From Octopus sinensis (Eukaryota), in NCBI RefSeq assembly GCF_006345805.1, contig NC_042997.1, positions 96,658,001 through 96,722,000 of the forward strand: a DNA stretch of 64,000 nucleotides. The letters are read 5' to 3'. Under the pieces are notes generated by a model. It saw nothing but the letters and a program-made list of their open reading frames with translations, had not been told where the DNA came from and did no database searches. Position 1 is the stretch's first letter, and every line of letters starts with the position of its first letter. Position numbers and translations under genes: made by a program. Below are positions 37,480 through 50,162 of the stretch, piece after piece.

Positions 37480-37790
37480 TACATACATACATTCATTCAT
37501 ACATACATACATACATACATACATACATACATACATACATACATACATACATACATTCATATACATATTGACATATATTTGTCCGTGTGTGTGTCTGTCT
37601 GTGTATGTTCCTGTGCTTGTATGTGTGTGCATATGTATGTCTGTGTGTACTTATATATCTATGTATGTATGCGTGTAGGTAAGTAGGTAGGTAGGTAGGT
37701 AGGTAGGTAGGTAGGTAGGTAGGCAGGTAGGTAGGTAGGTAGGTAGGTAGGTAGGTAAGTATGTAGGTACGTAGACAGGTAGGCAGGCAG
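37480..37790. repeat. (CATA)n and (GTAG)n tetranucleotide microsatellites
   Basis: Directly visible at about 37480-37560 and 37680-37790. Confidence 0.95.
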
Positions 37791-40700
37791 GTGTGTTGAT
37801 TCATTTTGTATGTATATGTGCATTTGCCACTATTATTGACAATATATATTATATAGAAAAGGAAATACCAAATTTGTTATGAAAGGAAACAACAAATTAA
37901 AACTTATTATTAGAAAACTATAATTTGAAACTATATATTTTATAGATTTTTGTTCGCTATAAAAGACTATGTGATGGAATTTTTGATAAAATACCACATA
38001 TTCCTACATTTCATTTCATAATTTGTGGTTAGTTGTATAACAACGTATCTCATAAATATTTATTCACTAGTTGTACAACCTACTAACAAACTAAAATGCT
38101 TTATCAAAATACTGAATTGTAAACTTTGGTGACTGCAGTAATCGAAAAATTCCAATTATTTAGTAAATCCTGAATTATGTGACATTCATTATCAGATTTA
38201 TTTAAAATGCTAGATTATTGAAACGGTGTCAAGCGATTTTATATCATCTTTTAATACGGTTCAAATCTCATAAATTGATATATGTATAGAAAGCGAAATA
38301 TAGATATTTGTATATTGTTAAAATGTATCACTTATAATTTTCGCTCATGAAGGTAATTATTGGAAGATACTGACTGAATATAAACTTACAAAAGTAAATA
38401 TACCTACATTTCAGAAAGAGTTACGCTAGACCAATCCTGGCGAACCAGAAGTGTAAACCTTGTTGTCTCGTTGATAGAGTAAATTAGTTAATAACTCTTG
38501 GTCTCGTTGAAAACTGCCATATCTAAGTACATTGATTTGAGAACACTGAGATGCCCTGCGACAACACTGAAATGGGTCACGTGCATTTATATTTTCCTTT
38601 CAATATTTTTGTTATAGAAGATTGAGAAAACATGCCTTCGTAAGTTCAGTAAGTTCATGTAAGTTCACTTTCAGTGAGTGTGCAAAGTGAAATAGAAAAT
38701 AAAAATCGTTACATGTCCAATGAAAATTCTACCAACATAGATTTAATCAGCGAATCAGTATTGTGTGGCTCCCGTAACTAGTTATATGATGACTATGATA
38801 AAATCCGAAAATAGTAGACTTTATTGGCAAAATTGAGGGAATCTCATGATAAGTATGTAATTAAAGAACATTGTAGACAAAACCACAGGCAAAAGTTTGA
38901 GGAGAAAGAAAAAACTGTAAATAGCAGAAAAAAATGTTGCATTCTTTGCTAGTTGAAAATTGATATGTAATGCCTAGAAGAAAGCAATCAAGAAGGAATC
39001 AGGAGCGATATTATATTAAAAAAGAAACAGAACATGCAATGTTTAACACTAAGGATGAGAAGTGGTGATAATAAAGTTCTTAAGAGATGAGGCATACGTT
39101 TGTAACAATAATCTGATATAGACTAAAACCTAAAAATAAAAATGAGATAAAATAAATTAAATTCAATGTAGTATATAAATACGCCTACAGAGAGATTGAT
39201 CGTGCTATGCTATATTGCAATTTCATAATATCTAGTTAATGTGTGTAAATGGTAGAAGAGATATTGAAAATACTGCGTGATACAAAAAGAGAGGGATAAA
39301 AAACACAAAAATGCATTAAAAATCGTAGTTGAAATTCGGTCAATAACTTTTTTTTCTACAGGATATAGCCTACAAGATGCACTCTGCAGAATAAAGGAAT
39401 GAACCCGTTGGGAGTTTTAATACCATCTAATACAACATTATTTGGGGTCGGCGATTTAGTTTTAAAAAATGTCTACCAAGCGCTGATATATTTTTACTGC
39501 GACAAAAATGCGATGAATAACACATGATGTAGCAAACCATATCGATTCAATACTTAAAGCAGAAGAGGTTACGGCTGAGGATTTTAACGGTTATTAATTT
39601 TATGTATAAAAGAATTACTGAAGTTAAAAATTAAATGAACAAATAAATTTTAGGTCTAAAAGCGGAGAGTGAGGGTCGTGTATTGTGAAAGTGAAAGATA
39701 AGAAAGGTATGTTCGTCTGAAAGATTTCCAACAGTTGAGATTTAAAAGAAAAAGTCTTATAGAATGCAATAGTTAACAACTAGCAAGGAGAGTCTCATAG
39801 ACATGGTCATTTTCTAGAGACTACATGTTACTTTCACGATAATTTAAGATTTAACTCTATATATATCCATCTGACAGTAACCAGAAGTGTGTCACATGTA
39901 TGAACAAATCTCTGATGAAGCTAACTTTGCACAAATCGTACTGGGGGTTAGAAGGATATACATTCAGGATGGGGAAAATTTCCTTCCACACGAATGTCTC
40001 TCTCTCTCTCGCTCTCTCCCCGTTTAATATACTGGGTGTGAAAATGATAGATTGGTCGTCAATGAGCTCAAACTTTATAAAGAAACATGATACAATATCA
40101 GTTATCCTTTCTACGGATAAATGTTAGAACCTTGTAGACTGGGGAATGTTGTTAGTCGAATTTGGCAAGTATACAAGTAAACAATGGAAAAGAATGTTTG
40201 TCGGTAATACACAAATTGATGAGGAACTTCTTAGAAGAGTTGCAGACAAACACGATGTCATTTGTTACTTTGTCGCCGACATCACTGTACATCTTTATGA
40301 TTTTAGTTATGAAAAAGTAATAAATCGATATGTTTTCCTTTGCACATTTTCCGAACCAGCTAAACACTGCAATTAAATATCGATAATGTACAAAACAGCT
40401 TTGACATGAAACGTTTCCATGTCTGTGTTTGTGTATGTGGGTGAACATGTAAAAGGTGTATTTATCTTTATTTGTCTCACAATATTCCAGTTTTGAAATA
40501 TATAAAGTATTACAATCAATTGTGATTGTAACAGTATTATTTCATTTGATCTAATGTTTAGTATGATTAAAAAGTAAGATTTACTGTAAATTGAGATGGG
40601 TGGAAACTTTAGATCTATTGAAATAATTGCACAGGTGTACAAAAATTTTGTATAAGTGTATGTAACACTGTGCTTTATTTATTTGAATTCTTCACTAAAG

Positions 40701-41009
40701 TTAGGACCTGATTTTTAACGTAGAAACGAAATCTGCTTCACAGAAGTTAGGACCTGATTCGTAACATAGCAATAAAATCTGCATCACTGGAATTTGGATA
40801 ATGGTTATATATATAACCAATGATAAAGGTACATGATATATCCTACTTTAGAAAAGCTTACCTATTTTTACTGCTACACTTGCTCATTGCATTTGCAAAG
40901 TTCGCGTTAGCTTATCCTTTTCTTTGCTTGAAAATTCTAGGTAACCAAGTACGCAAATGTCAAATTTATAAACAAGATAGAGAAATGTGGGTGTTTAAAT
41001 TGGCGTTCA

Positions 41010-42438
41010 TATTAGATTGAACGGAAAGTTCTCAGTGTCATTTTGCAAAATCTTTCAACGCTTCATTGAACACACCTGAGACGTAATACAGTTAAAACTT
41101 TGGCGTTGCTTCAAGTGGTAGTGCATTTTTGCTTTGTTTCTGACTAAAAATAGATTTATCTTTTATTCCGTTTACCCTTTATTGACATTTGAAATGGATA
41201 ACCAGAAATATCATGTTCGCGTTATGAAGCTTTTCTTTAAAAAAAAAAAAAAGAAAATGTTGAAAAGACATGCAAAAACACTCGTAAAGTTTATGGTGAT
41301 ATTACTGTAGGTGAATCAAGTCTTGGAAAGTGGTTTGCAAAATTTAAAGTTGCAGAGCGGAGCTTGGAAAATGACAGTCGCAGTGGAATACCTTCAAAAT
41401 TGGATGAAGATGCTTTGAAGACAAAATTCGAAGAAAACTCAAATATCACGACTAGAGAATTTGCAGAGGAGTTGGAAGTTTCTAAAAGTGCGGCTCATGA
41501 ACACCTAGTGAAGCTAAGATACATGTCTAGGCTATAATGTATGGGTCGCTCGCAAACTCTCAGAAGGGAATTGCTTGGACCAGTATTCCGTTTGTGATAT
41601 GCTTTGTTTGAAATAGTTTGTGACTGGAGATGAAAGATGGACTGAGTACGAAAACGTAGTGCGAAAAAGATCCTGGAGTTTGCGTAAGGATCCCTCCAAA
41701 ATAGCAACCAAAGACGAACATCCATGCCAAAAACGCTATGCTTTGTGTTTCGTGGGTTCATGAAGGCATAATTTATTATGAGCTTCTCCTACAAAACCAG
41801 ACCGTTAATTCTGATGTCTACTATCAGCTGGCTAATTTGAACCAAAAATTAAAAGAGGCCGGAGATTGCCAACAGGAAAGGGGTTGTGTTCCAATGCCAA
41901 CAGAAAAGGGATAGTGTTCTAATGCCAACAGGAAAGGGGTAGTGTTCCAATGCCAACAGGAAAGGGGTAGTGTTCTAATGCCAACAGGAAAGGAGTTGTG
42001 TTCCAATGCCAACAGGAAAGGGGTAGTGTTCCAACGCCAACAGGAAAGGGGTAGTGTTCCAACAAGACAATGCCCGATCACATGTGTCTTTGACTACTCG
42101 AACAAAGTTACATGATCTTGGCTGGGATCTCTTACCCCATCTACCATATTCTCCTGATATTGCGCCATCCGACTACCACTTGTTTTTATCGTTACAGGCT
42201 TTATTGGAAAAAAAGCATTAAGCGATTTAAATGAAGCCAAAATGCATCCAGATAACTTTTTTCTTAAAAACCAGTCAAATTTTATGCTAATGGAATATTT
42301 AAATTGCCTAATAGATGGGAAAATGTCATTAATAATAATGGAAATTATTTTATTAAATAAAATTTATTGAAAGGTCAATTATTCATATCCCTTTTTGAAT
42401 ATTAAAAAAATACTTATAAACTTCAGGCCAACCTAATA
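41010..42438 (+). mobile_element. Mariner (DD34D) DNA transposon with a pseudogenised transposase
   Basis: TA-flanked TIRs TATTAGATTGAACGGAAAGTT / AACTTCAGGCCAACCTAATA; HTH region, VWVARKL (WVPHEL), VTGDERW, QQDNARSH, PYSPDIAPSDYHLF. Confidence 0.92.
41867..42062 (+). repeat. Minisatellite, 7 x 28 bp (TGCCAACAGGAAAGGGGTAGTGTTCCAA), inside the mariner transposase
   Basis: Units start at 41867, 41895, 41923, 41951, 41979, 42007 and 42035. Confidence 0.97.
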
Positions 42439-42877
42439 CACCCTAATTTCAGGCAACTCAGTTCAATTACTATGTATTTTCTTTCTGTCTCAGTCAAATC
42501 TGTTATGTTTGCAATTGATAGAAGTTTATGTTAGGAACGTGCCAACATTTTTTCTTATATTGATATGTATGTAAGCACTCAATATCGGATGTGTTGTTTA
42601 TATTTATCCCTAGCTGGTCCTTCCAGGGGATGGCGTTTCATATTGTTTTCACATCAATTTCATGCTGATATCTCTGTGTTATGTTCTCTACACAAAAGTG
42701 ATATATAATAGCTTGTATCTTGTTATTTTAAGGATATGTATGTCCTTTCTTAAGCAGATATTCAATTGCCTTCTTCTGGTCATGGATTGCAAAGTTTAAC
42801 CTTCGAAATGTAGCGTGATGTAACGTCGTGAATTCCAGCGAGACTAAACTTCGTTCTAATACTATCATTTTCTTCAG

Positions 42878-43090
42878 GGCAGCGAGCTGGCAGAATCATT
42901 AACATGCCGGGCAAAATACTTAGCAGCATTTCGTCCGTCTTTACGTTCTGAATCAAAATTCGCCGGGGTTGACTTTACATTTCGTCTTTTCTGGTTGGAT
43001 GAAATAAGTACCAGTTGAGTACCGGGATTGTTCTAATCAACCCACTCCTTTCTCCGAAGTTTCTTGCCTTGTGTCAAAATTTGAATATCT
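42878..43090 (+). mobile_element. OK-like tRNA SINE, diverged full-length
   Basis: GGCAGCGAGCTGGCAGAATCATTAACATGCCGGGCAAAATACTTAGC...AAGTACCAGTTGAGTAC...AAAATTTGAA. Confidence 0.88.
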
Positions 43091-43466
43091 CAAATCTATT
43101 TTCATTCTTCCACTTCACTCAATAATACATATCTTGTCTAAATTAACTATTGCTTAACCATTTTCTCACACCGTCTCTGATAAAGATATATATAAAATAT
43201 CCCGGAAACAGCCTTAATACCTTCTATTTATAAATGTTCTTGGATGTTTATCTCATTGCCCAAAATTTTTTCATATATATAGACATATTGATATATGATC
43301 TACGTTGGGCTCCTTATTCGTATAATCAGTGAACCTGGAGCTTAACTATAGTCTGTCCATAGCACTTACTCAGCGTTACCTGACATCTTTGGGTCTTATT
43401 GACACCATTACTTCTCATAACATCTCTCTCTCTCTCTCTCTCTGTCTCCCCTCTCTCTATATATAT

Positions 43467-43557
<91 letters not shown>

Positions 43558-43599
43558 AGAGATTTCTTTCAGCTTTCTCCTACCAAATTACGAAATACC

Positions 43600-43712
43600 T
43601 TCACCAGACTCTGGTTCACATGGGACGACTTGCCCAAAGTGCAACGCAATGGGACTGATTCCTGAATCATATAATTAAAAAAACCTACCACACAACCGCG
43701 CTTGCGCCTATA
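43600..43712 (-). mobile_element. OR-like SINE head fragment, diverged
   Basis: GACTTGCCCAAAGTGCAACGCAATGGGACTGA...CTACCACACAACCGCGCTTGCGCC. Confidence 0.65.
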
Positions 43713-44124
43713 AAATAGGATAAATTTTGTTGCATATTTGCAGATCCACAACTGGTCTTGTTTTTATTTTGTGCTCTGAATCTACAATTTCAATTTGATT
43801 GTATTCTAATGAGGCGGTTGTTTCCATGTTTATGTTTCACCAGTATTACTTAGTACAGTTTGTTTCAATATGTTCTATTTTGCTAATATGTTTCTTTTTT
43901 TTTATATTCGTACAAACAGTTTTCTATTTCTTATTGCTCCTACAATGTTCTGTCTTACATCTGAATATATGGCACATTTTGTGATGAGTAGCTACTCTAC
44001 AAATTTAGTTAAGTGTACATTTAATGTGTTATGCCCTGATGCTTTTTCTTTTTACTGGCGAAAATTCTTAATAGAAATTTCTTGCTTCTTGACTGCATGA
44101 AAAGAAAATTAGAGATGAAATATT

Positions 44125-44325
44125 CTTTTCTATTTTAGGCACAAGGCCCGACATTTGGGTGGGGGCAGTCCATTAGATCGATACAGTACGCAACTGGTAC
44201 TTAATTTATCGATCTTGAAAGGATGAACGACAAAATCGACCTCGGCGGAATTTGAGCTCAGAACATGAAGTCAGACGAAATATCGCTAAGCACTTTGCCC
44301 GGCGTGCAAACTTTTCTGTCGGGCT
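44125..44325 (-). mobile_element. OK-like SINE
   Basis: Reverse complement of the 7889/26011/42878 family (AACTGGTACTTAATTTATCGA, CGACCTCGGCGGAATTTGA). Confidence 0.88.
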
Positions 44326-44397
44326 TTTAACTCAGTTTATTACATTTACGGTTTATGTATCCACATGTCTATATATCTCTGTATGTGTGGATGTGCG

Positions 44398-44520
44398 TGG
44401 CTTAGTGTTTAGAATACTGGACACATCGTAAGATTGTGATTATGACTCCTGGACCAGGAGCAAAACACTTCATTTCACGTTGCTCCAGTCCACTCAGCTG
44501 GCAAGAATGAGTAATCATGT
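44398..44520 (+). mobile_element. tRNA-derived SINE fragment with a CORE/Meta-like domain
   Basis: GGCTTAGTGTTTAGA (A-box-like) ... GAGCAAAACACTTCATTTCACGTTGCTCCAGTCCACTCAGCTGG. Confidence 0.55.
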
Positions 44521-45214
44521 GAGAGACCGGAAGGAAGGAAGGAAGAAAGGCATGGATGTGGGTATGCATGAATGAAAGTGTATCTGCGTGTATGAATGTG
44601 AGAATGATTAGATTCCGTAATGCTTCCACTCTAGCAAGTAATATTATGAATAGAAGCTTTAATACATGGTGGTTGTGCCTCTGATTCGCAACAAAAATTT
44701 TAAGAGAAAAATAGTAATTCGTATTGTGTCTGATTTTTCTCCTTTGCTCTAAACGAGACGTTCAAATTTTCCTCTCCAACATATTCAGTAAGAAAAAATC
44801 AATCAAATATAGAATATTAATTCTATTGAGGGCGTCGAATTACAATTTATGTGTTAGCTAATTTACAGAAGTATATGAACAGCGAAGTGCTTCTGATAAC
44901 ATAAATTTTTACTTTTTTTTTACCCACATTATTATATTAACACCGAATTGTTTTTTTTTTTTTCTTTCTTATCTGATTACTGAAACCACTAATCTATAGA
45001 AGAAAAAATACTTCATGAAATTTCACTAATGTTCCTCAGCTAATATCATACATCATTATCTTCTGTGCTTCTAATAGATATCTTAAAAATTATATTTTTC
45101 TATGATGAAGTATTAAATAAACAAACAGCTTATTCGTTAGCTAATTAGTAAGTTAGTTAACAATCTTACATGGATATTTCTTATATCTTTTAATTATCTC
45201 AATTGTTAGATTGT

Positions 45215-45580
45215 AGTCATTCGAGCGAACCGCCCTGAAGAATATCATTCAGACGAAGTGAACTCGGAACATATCTTTTTCGATTGAGGTACTTACTCTA
45301 TCGGTCTTTCTGTCCCCTCCCCTCCTGGTTACGATTACATAAACATACCAACACCGCTTGTCAAGCAGTGATGGGTGGCAAACACACACACACACACAAA
45401 CACCTGCACACACCCACACGCACACACACGCACTCTCTCTCTCTCTCTCTCATACATACACACACACATATACATGTACTGCGGATGTCATTCAATTTCC
45501 GTCTCCCAAATCAACAGACTAGGCTCTGGTCGGCTCGAGGCCATAGTAGAAAACATTTGACCAAGGTGTCATGCACGCGT
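45215..45580 (-). mobile_element. Diverged OR-like SINE with internal (CA)/(CT)n
   Basis: CTCTATCGGTCT, CACCGCTTGTCAAG, TTTCCGTCTCCCAAATC, CTCGAGGCCATAGTAGAA. Confidence 0.8.
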
Positions 45581-45639
45581 TAGGAATAAACCTGAAAAAA
45601 TATACTTCGGAAGTCAACATCTTACTGCACAGCCACGTG

Positions 45640-45788
<149 letters not shown>

Positions 45789-46208
45789 TATATACGGGAT
45801 TTCTGGTTGAGGAGACAACAATAAAGTAGCTATTCGATTCGTAAGTTATTAACTGATCAAATGTAGGTACATCTGAACATATAATTTTTGTGAAGTGCCG
45901 ATAATTAATTTTTACTGTTGTGTACACATCTATTTGCGAATATGCAATTACTCCAATGAATCTAACATTTTATCACACATGGCCAATTAGAAAATTACTA
46001 TTTTTAAATCTCACAACGTGAGATATTCAAAAACAGTACTTTGTTGTAAAGATTGTTTGCCAACATAACATGACAGTCCTGGTTTATGACGAATGTTGCT
46101 GTAATTTAGCCCCAGATGACATCGTCTCCAGCTGGCTAAACGACACGATCTGTGTCCTTATATTTTCGAACAAGGTAATCTAGCACCCCCACTCAGCTCA
46201 AAACGGTA

Positions 46209-46253
46209 TCTGTGTATCGCGATTTCCGGATAATTTCCGTTCATCAGCATAGA
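46209..46253 (-). ncRNA. Hammerhead ribozyme with intact core, left arm of the palindrome
   Basis: Minus strand: TCTATG-CTGATGA-A-CGGA aatta TCCG-GAA-ATCGCGAT-A-CACAGA. Stem II has 4 bp, stem III is palindromic, and stem I pairs at 5 of 6 positions. Confidence 0.78.
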
Positions 46254-46257
46254 ATAC

Positions 46258-46299
46258 TTGTGCTGATGAAGGAAATAACGCGGAAATCGCGATACACAG
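46258..46299 (+). ncRNA. Hammerhead motif with disrupted stem II, right arm of the palindrome
   Basis: TTGTG-CTGATGA-A-ggaaataacgcg-GAA-ATCGCGAT-A-CACAG. Confidence 0.62.
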
Positions 46300-46964
46300 A
46301 TACTGTTTTGAGTTGAGTGGGGGTGCTAGATTCCCTTGTTCGAAAATATGACACAGATCGTGTCGTGTAGCCAGCTGGAAATAACATCTCTTGGGGCTAA
46401 ATTACAGCAACATTCATCCTAAACTAGGACTGCCATGTTATGTTGACAAACAATCTTTACTACATACCAACCAATATCCTGAAAATAGCCCTTACACTGG
46501 TGGTTCTGGCTGGAACTCTCCTCTCGACTTTTTGTTTGATGAAATTTGTTCAGGACCACAGAAAGGACCTACATCACATGATGGTAAAGCTCAATTGTCA
46601 TTTCAAAAACAACAAAACTGCCAACCACCTTTTTAATATCTGATACTTATTCGTCAAAGCATCATAAATCTACGCTTGTAAAATTAGCTGCCTTACTGGA
46701 TTCAGCAAAATGGAAAATGATAAGGCATTATAACGAGAAATGAAACCATATCTATAAAAAATCGAAAGGTTGCGAGGCTTAAGTTAAAGGAGGAACTGTA
46801 TGATGTGGTGTTCATGCAAGGAGAAACGTAGCAGGTAAATGAGTCCGAGTCTCTTCTTGCCCCTGTTGGAAGATTTCATTTAATATATTCTGCTTGTACA
46901 AATGTTGTGTGCATAATTTTACGAACCTGCGTAAAATCAAGAAGACAAAAAATAGAAAAAAGTA

Positions 46965-47024
46965 TGTGTACGTGTGTGTGTGTGAGTGTACGTGTGTACG
47001 TGTGTGTGTACGTGTGTACGTGTG

Positions 47025-47078
<54 letters not shown>

Positions 47079-47085
47079 CGTGTCT
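46965..47085. repeat. (TG)n microsatellite
   Basis: Directly visible. Confidence 0.95.
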
Positions 47086-49977
47086 GGTTGTGCGCGCGTT
47101 GTGTGTAAAGACCTAAACAGCTTTAATATTTGACCGAAACTCCCCGTAGGTTTAAACATTTAATTTCCATTAATTTAAATCCCGGTGTGGCTCCTCCCTT
47201 TTATTGCTAAGTATTAATTCACACTCTCTCTCTTGATTAATTAGGTTTAAATAATTATTTCCTTGACGCACTACATTCAGTGTATTCACTCACACTCAAC
47301 TATAAAATGATCTGCCTTGTTGTAAAACGCACTTGAGTTACAGTAATCGTGTTGCTAATCGTTTTCTATATTAGATGACTCTCCTTTAAATATAATTAAA
47401 TTTAGTTTTATATATTCATATGTGAACTTTAAAGAAATATTTCTTCGAGAACAGTTATTACTAATTTGATAAAGATAACTATTTATTATTCAGATGAATC
47501 ACATCAAAGACTAGTTATATTATACAGTAAACATTAATATAAACGAATGAATGAGAATTAAAGAACATAATGTAAAATTTTTATGTTTTTTAAATCATAT
47601 AGTTCCCAGTAATGGCAAATAAAATTCACAATAAATATTTTTATCGTCAGGCAAAGTATTTTCTTCGGAGGTGATGGAGTGTCATATTCAGTTAAGTACT
47701 CAATAAGAAGATTTTCAACATTTTTATCTCATTTTAACTTTCGAATTCAAATCCTGCTGTAGTCATGTTTCAGTTTATGAACCCAACGTTGATGAAGTAG
47801 ATACCACTCAAGTGCTTATAATTGGCATAAACTACTGTACTCACCCCTACATTTTATGTTCTAATGCTTATCATGATGTCTAAAGAGACCATGATATGGA
47901 AAATGTTAATTCGCTAGGCTTATGAAGTAAAAAGCAAACGTGGAAACAGAAATATTGCCAGCGGTTTGTATTATGTATTTAACTCTGTAGATACAGCAGA
48001 TTCAGAGCATGTCTGCACATCTTTATGTGATGCAAGCCATGACGTCTGTGTTGAGGTTAGTAGCGGACTGAAAAACAACTTGGTATGTGGGGCACGGCAC
48101 GAGAAGCAGACAATCATAAATTATGGAAACGAGGTAATGATTCACCAAGTTCCATCTAATAGCTCAAACGTTGATGTTTTTCGTATGTCTCTGGATGAGA
48201 CTAATTACCCTACTTTCGAGAGTAGCTCTCTCCCTACTCGTTTTGAAGTTTGGACCAAACCTCAAATTCACTAACTAGCTTGTCACTGCAGTGACATATG
48301 CAGAAAATGGTGATGATGCAGCTCTACCCCCTCCCTCACTGTTTGTTATATCTTCGGTGTTCCAGTGAGATAGGGGTAAGATGAACAGGGGATATTTATA
48401 TTTGGTCACCATCACAAAAGTATCTACAGCAACTGGCGAACTCCCTTTACATTCTGTCAGATCATTCTCACATTCGAATGATAGCAAGTTAAACTTTTAT
48501 ACACGGACTTGAACACACACGCTCACACACACATACACACACACACACACACACACGCGCGCGCACACACACACGTGTATGTATATATTTATGCTGATAG
48601 ATTGGTTTCGTTTTACACCCCAATAAAGTATTCTTGATTGATTCAGTTTTTTTTTCGGTTTTGTATTATCAAAAGACTCAGACTGCAAGGTGGCTGCAAT
48701 GCCTGAATTGTTATATTAGTGCAAAAAGCTAGTAAAGTTACAATACTTGCATTTTTCACTGATTCCACATGTAATCTCATATATTTTTAATTTTACTTTA
48801 AGTGGACATCACTATTTTTCAGTATGTCTTGCTAAACATGATTAGTGAAAGCTAATGAGCAGGTAGTAATGCTCATTTTTTTGTTAATTTTTCAATAACA
48901 GAAAAATTTTTATATATTTTTATTTTATTCTAGTGAGAAATGCGAGTTGAGGTTAGAAAAAAAAGAAAACAAATTTTAAAGTAAATTGCGGTAAGTCACG
49001 CAAATGAAGAAACATAAAATGAAAGAAAGATATACATAAAAATAAAACACATCTAATGTCTAATTAACCCATGTTTCATATAGGAAAATAATTATCTCAG
49101 CATTGCCTTGTATTAAAGCAGCCTATCATTAGTTTCCCATTTAAAGACCACGTGATAATGTTCGCTCAACACGTATATTACAATGAATTTGTCTCGAGTT
49201 TCAGTACTAAGTCCACAATTAGTAAATGTTTCGAAGATCTTAAACCTAATTTAAAATAAAAACCTGAAGTTAACTTAACGATGTGTGCATCATTAATAAC
49301 ACGTTTGTCTACGCAAAAAAAATAGCATCTGCAGTGGAATTCGATAAATGACCAGAAATTCTTTTTAGTAGCTTGCGTGATAAAAGTTCTCGATTACATC
49401 AGCAGATTGTGAGACACCGGTGCTTCGGTGCAACTCTAGAAAAGCGAAGTCGCTTTCCTGTGAATGACGATGCGACATTATGCTGAAATATCACTCACAT
49501 ACAGGCATTTACACAAACACACACACACACACACACACACACGCATACATGCCTTTGTATGTGGCATATCAGTCTTATTGCTAATAAATATATACATATA
49601 TATATATACATTTACATTTTGATCGAATCCCCAGTGAGTTAACACATAACCACAATGTGAACTCCATTTAATAAAGGCATCTTTTGCCTGGAGAGTAGCT
49701 TTTAGTTTAGGTTTACCACTTGTTTAGATAATTACTACTTCTGAGATTCCGCTAGCTACGGAACATATGTGGCCTAGAATTTATCGACTCCATTCGCTAA
49801 TTGTTTGAAACGTTTTCGTATTTACAGCAACCATAGTTGCTAACTGTGAACTATTTCTAGTTTATAAACCAAAATTTTTCCTGAAAGTTTTTTTTTAATA
49901 TATTCTACCGCCTGTTTGAAGCTCAATAACTTTCTGCACCTTGATACTTGGATTTTTATCTTCACATACATACATGC

Positions 49978-50010
<33 letters not shown>

Positions 50011-50049
50011 TATACATATATAGCTGCTCCTTATTCTATTTATCACTAA

Positions 50050-50162
50050 ATGGTGAAAGCTAAACTCGACATCGGAGGAATTTGAGCTCAGGATGTTAAG
50101 GGAAACGAAATGCTATAAAGCATTTTAACCGGTTTGCTAATAATTCTACCAGCTCTCCGTCT
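50050..50162 (-). mobile_element. OK-like SINE 5' fragment
   Basis: CTCGACATCGGAGGAATTTGAGCTCAG...AATTCTACCAGCTCTCCGTC. Confidence 0.75.

Larger units (their letters stand above)
46046..46460. repeat. 415-bp near-perfect palindrome (arms of about 204 bp, 11-nt loop)
   Basis: GTAAAGATTGTTTGCCAACATAACATG...TTCATCAGCA [TAGAATACTTG] TGCTGATGAA...CATGTTATGTTGACAAACAATCTTTAC. Confidence 0.97.

Noticed and set aside
41867-42062. 28-bp repeats as a CRISPR array
   Set aside because: The repeats are head-to-tail with no spacers, derive from transposase codons, and lie in a eukaryotic context with no cas genes.
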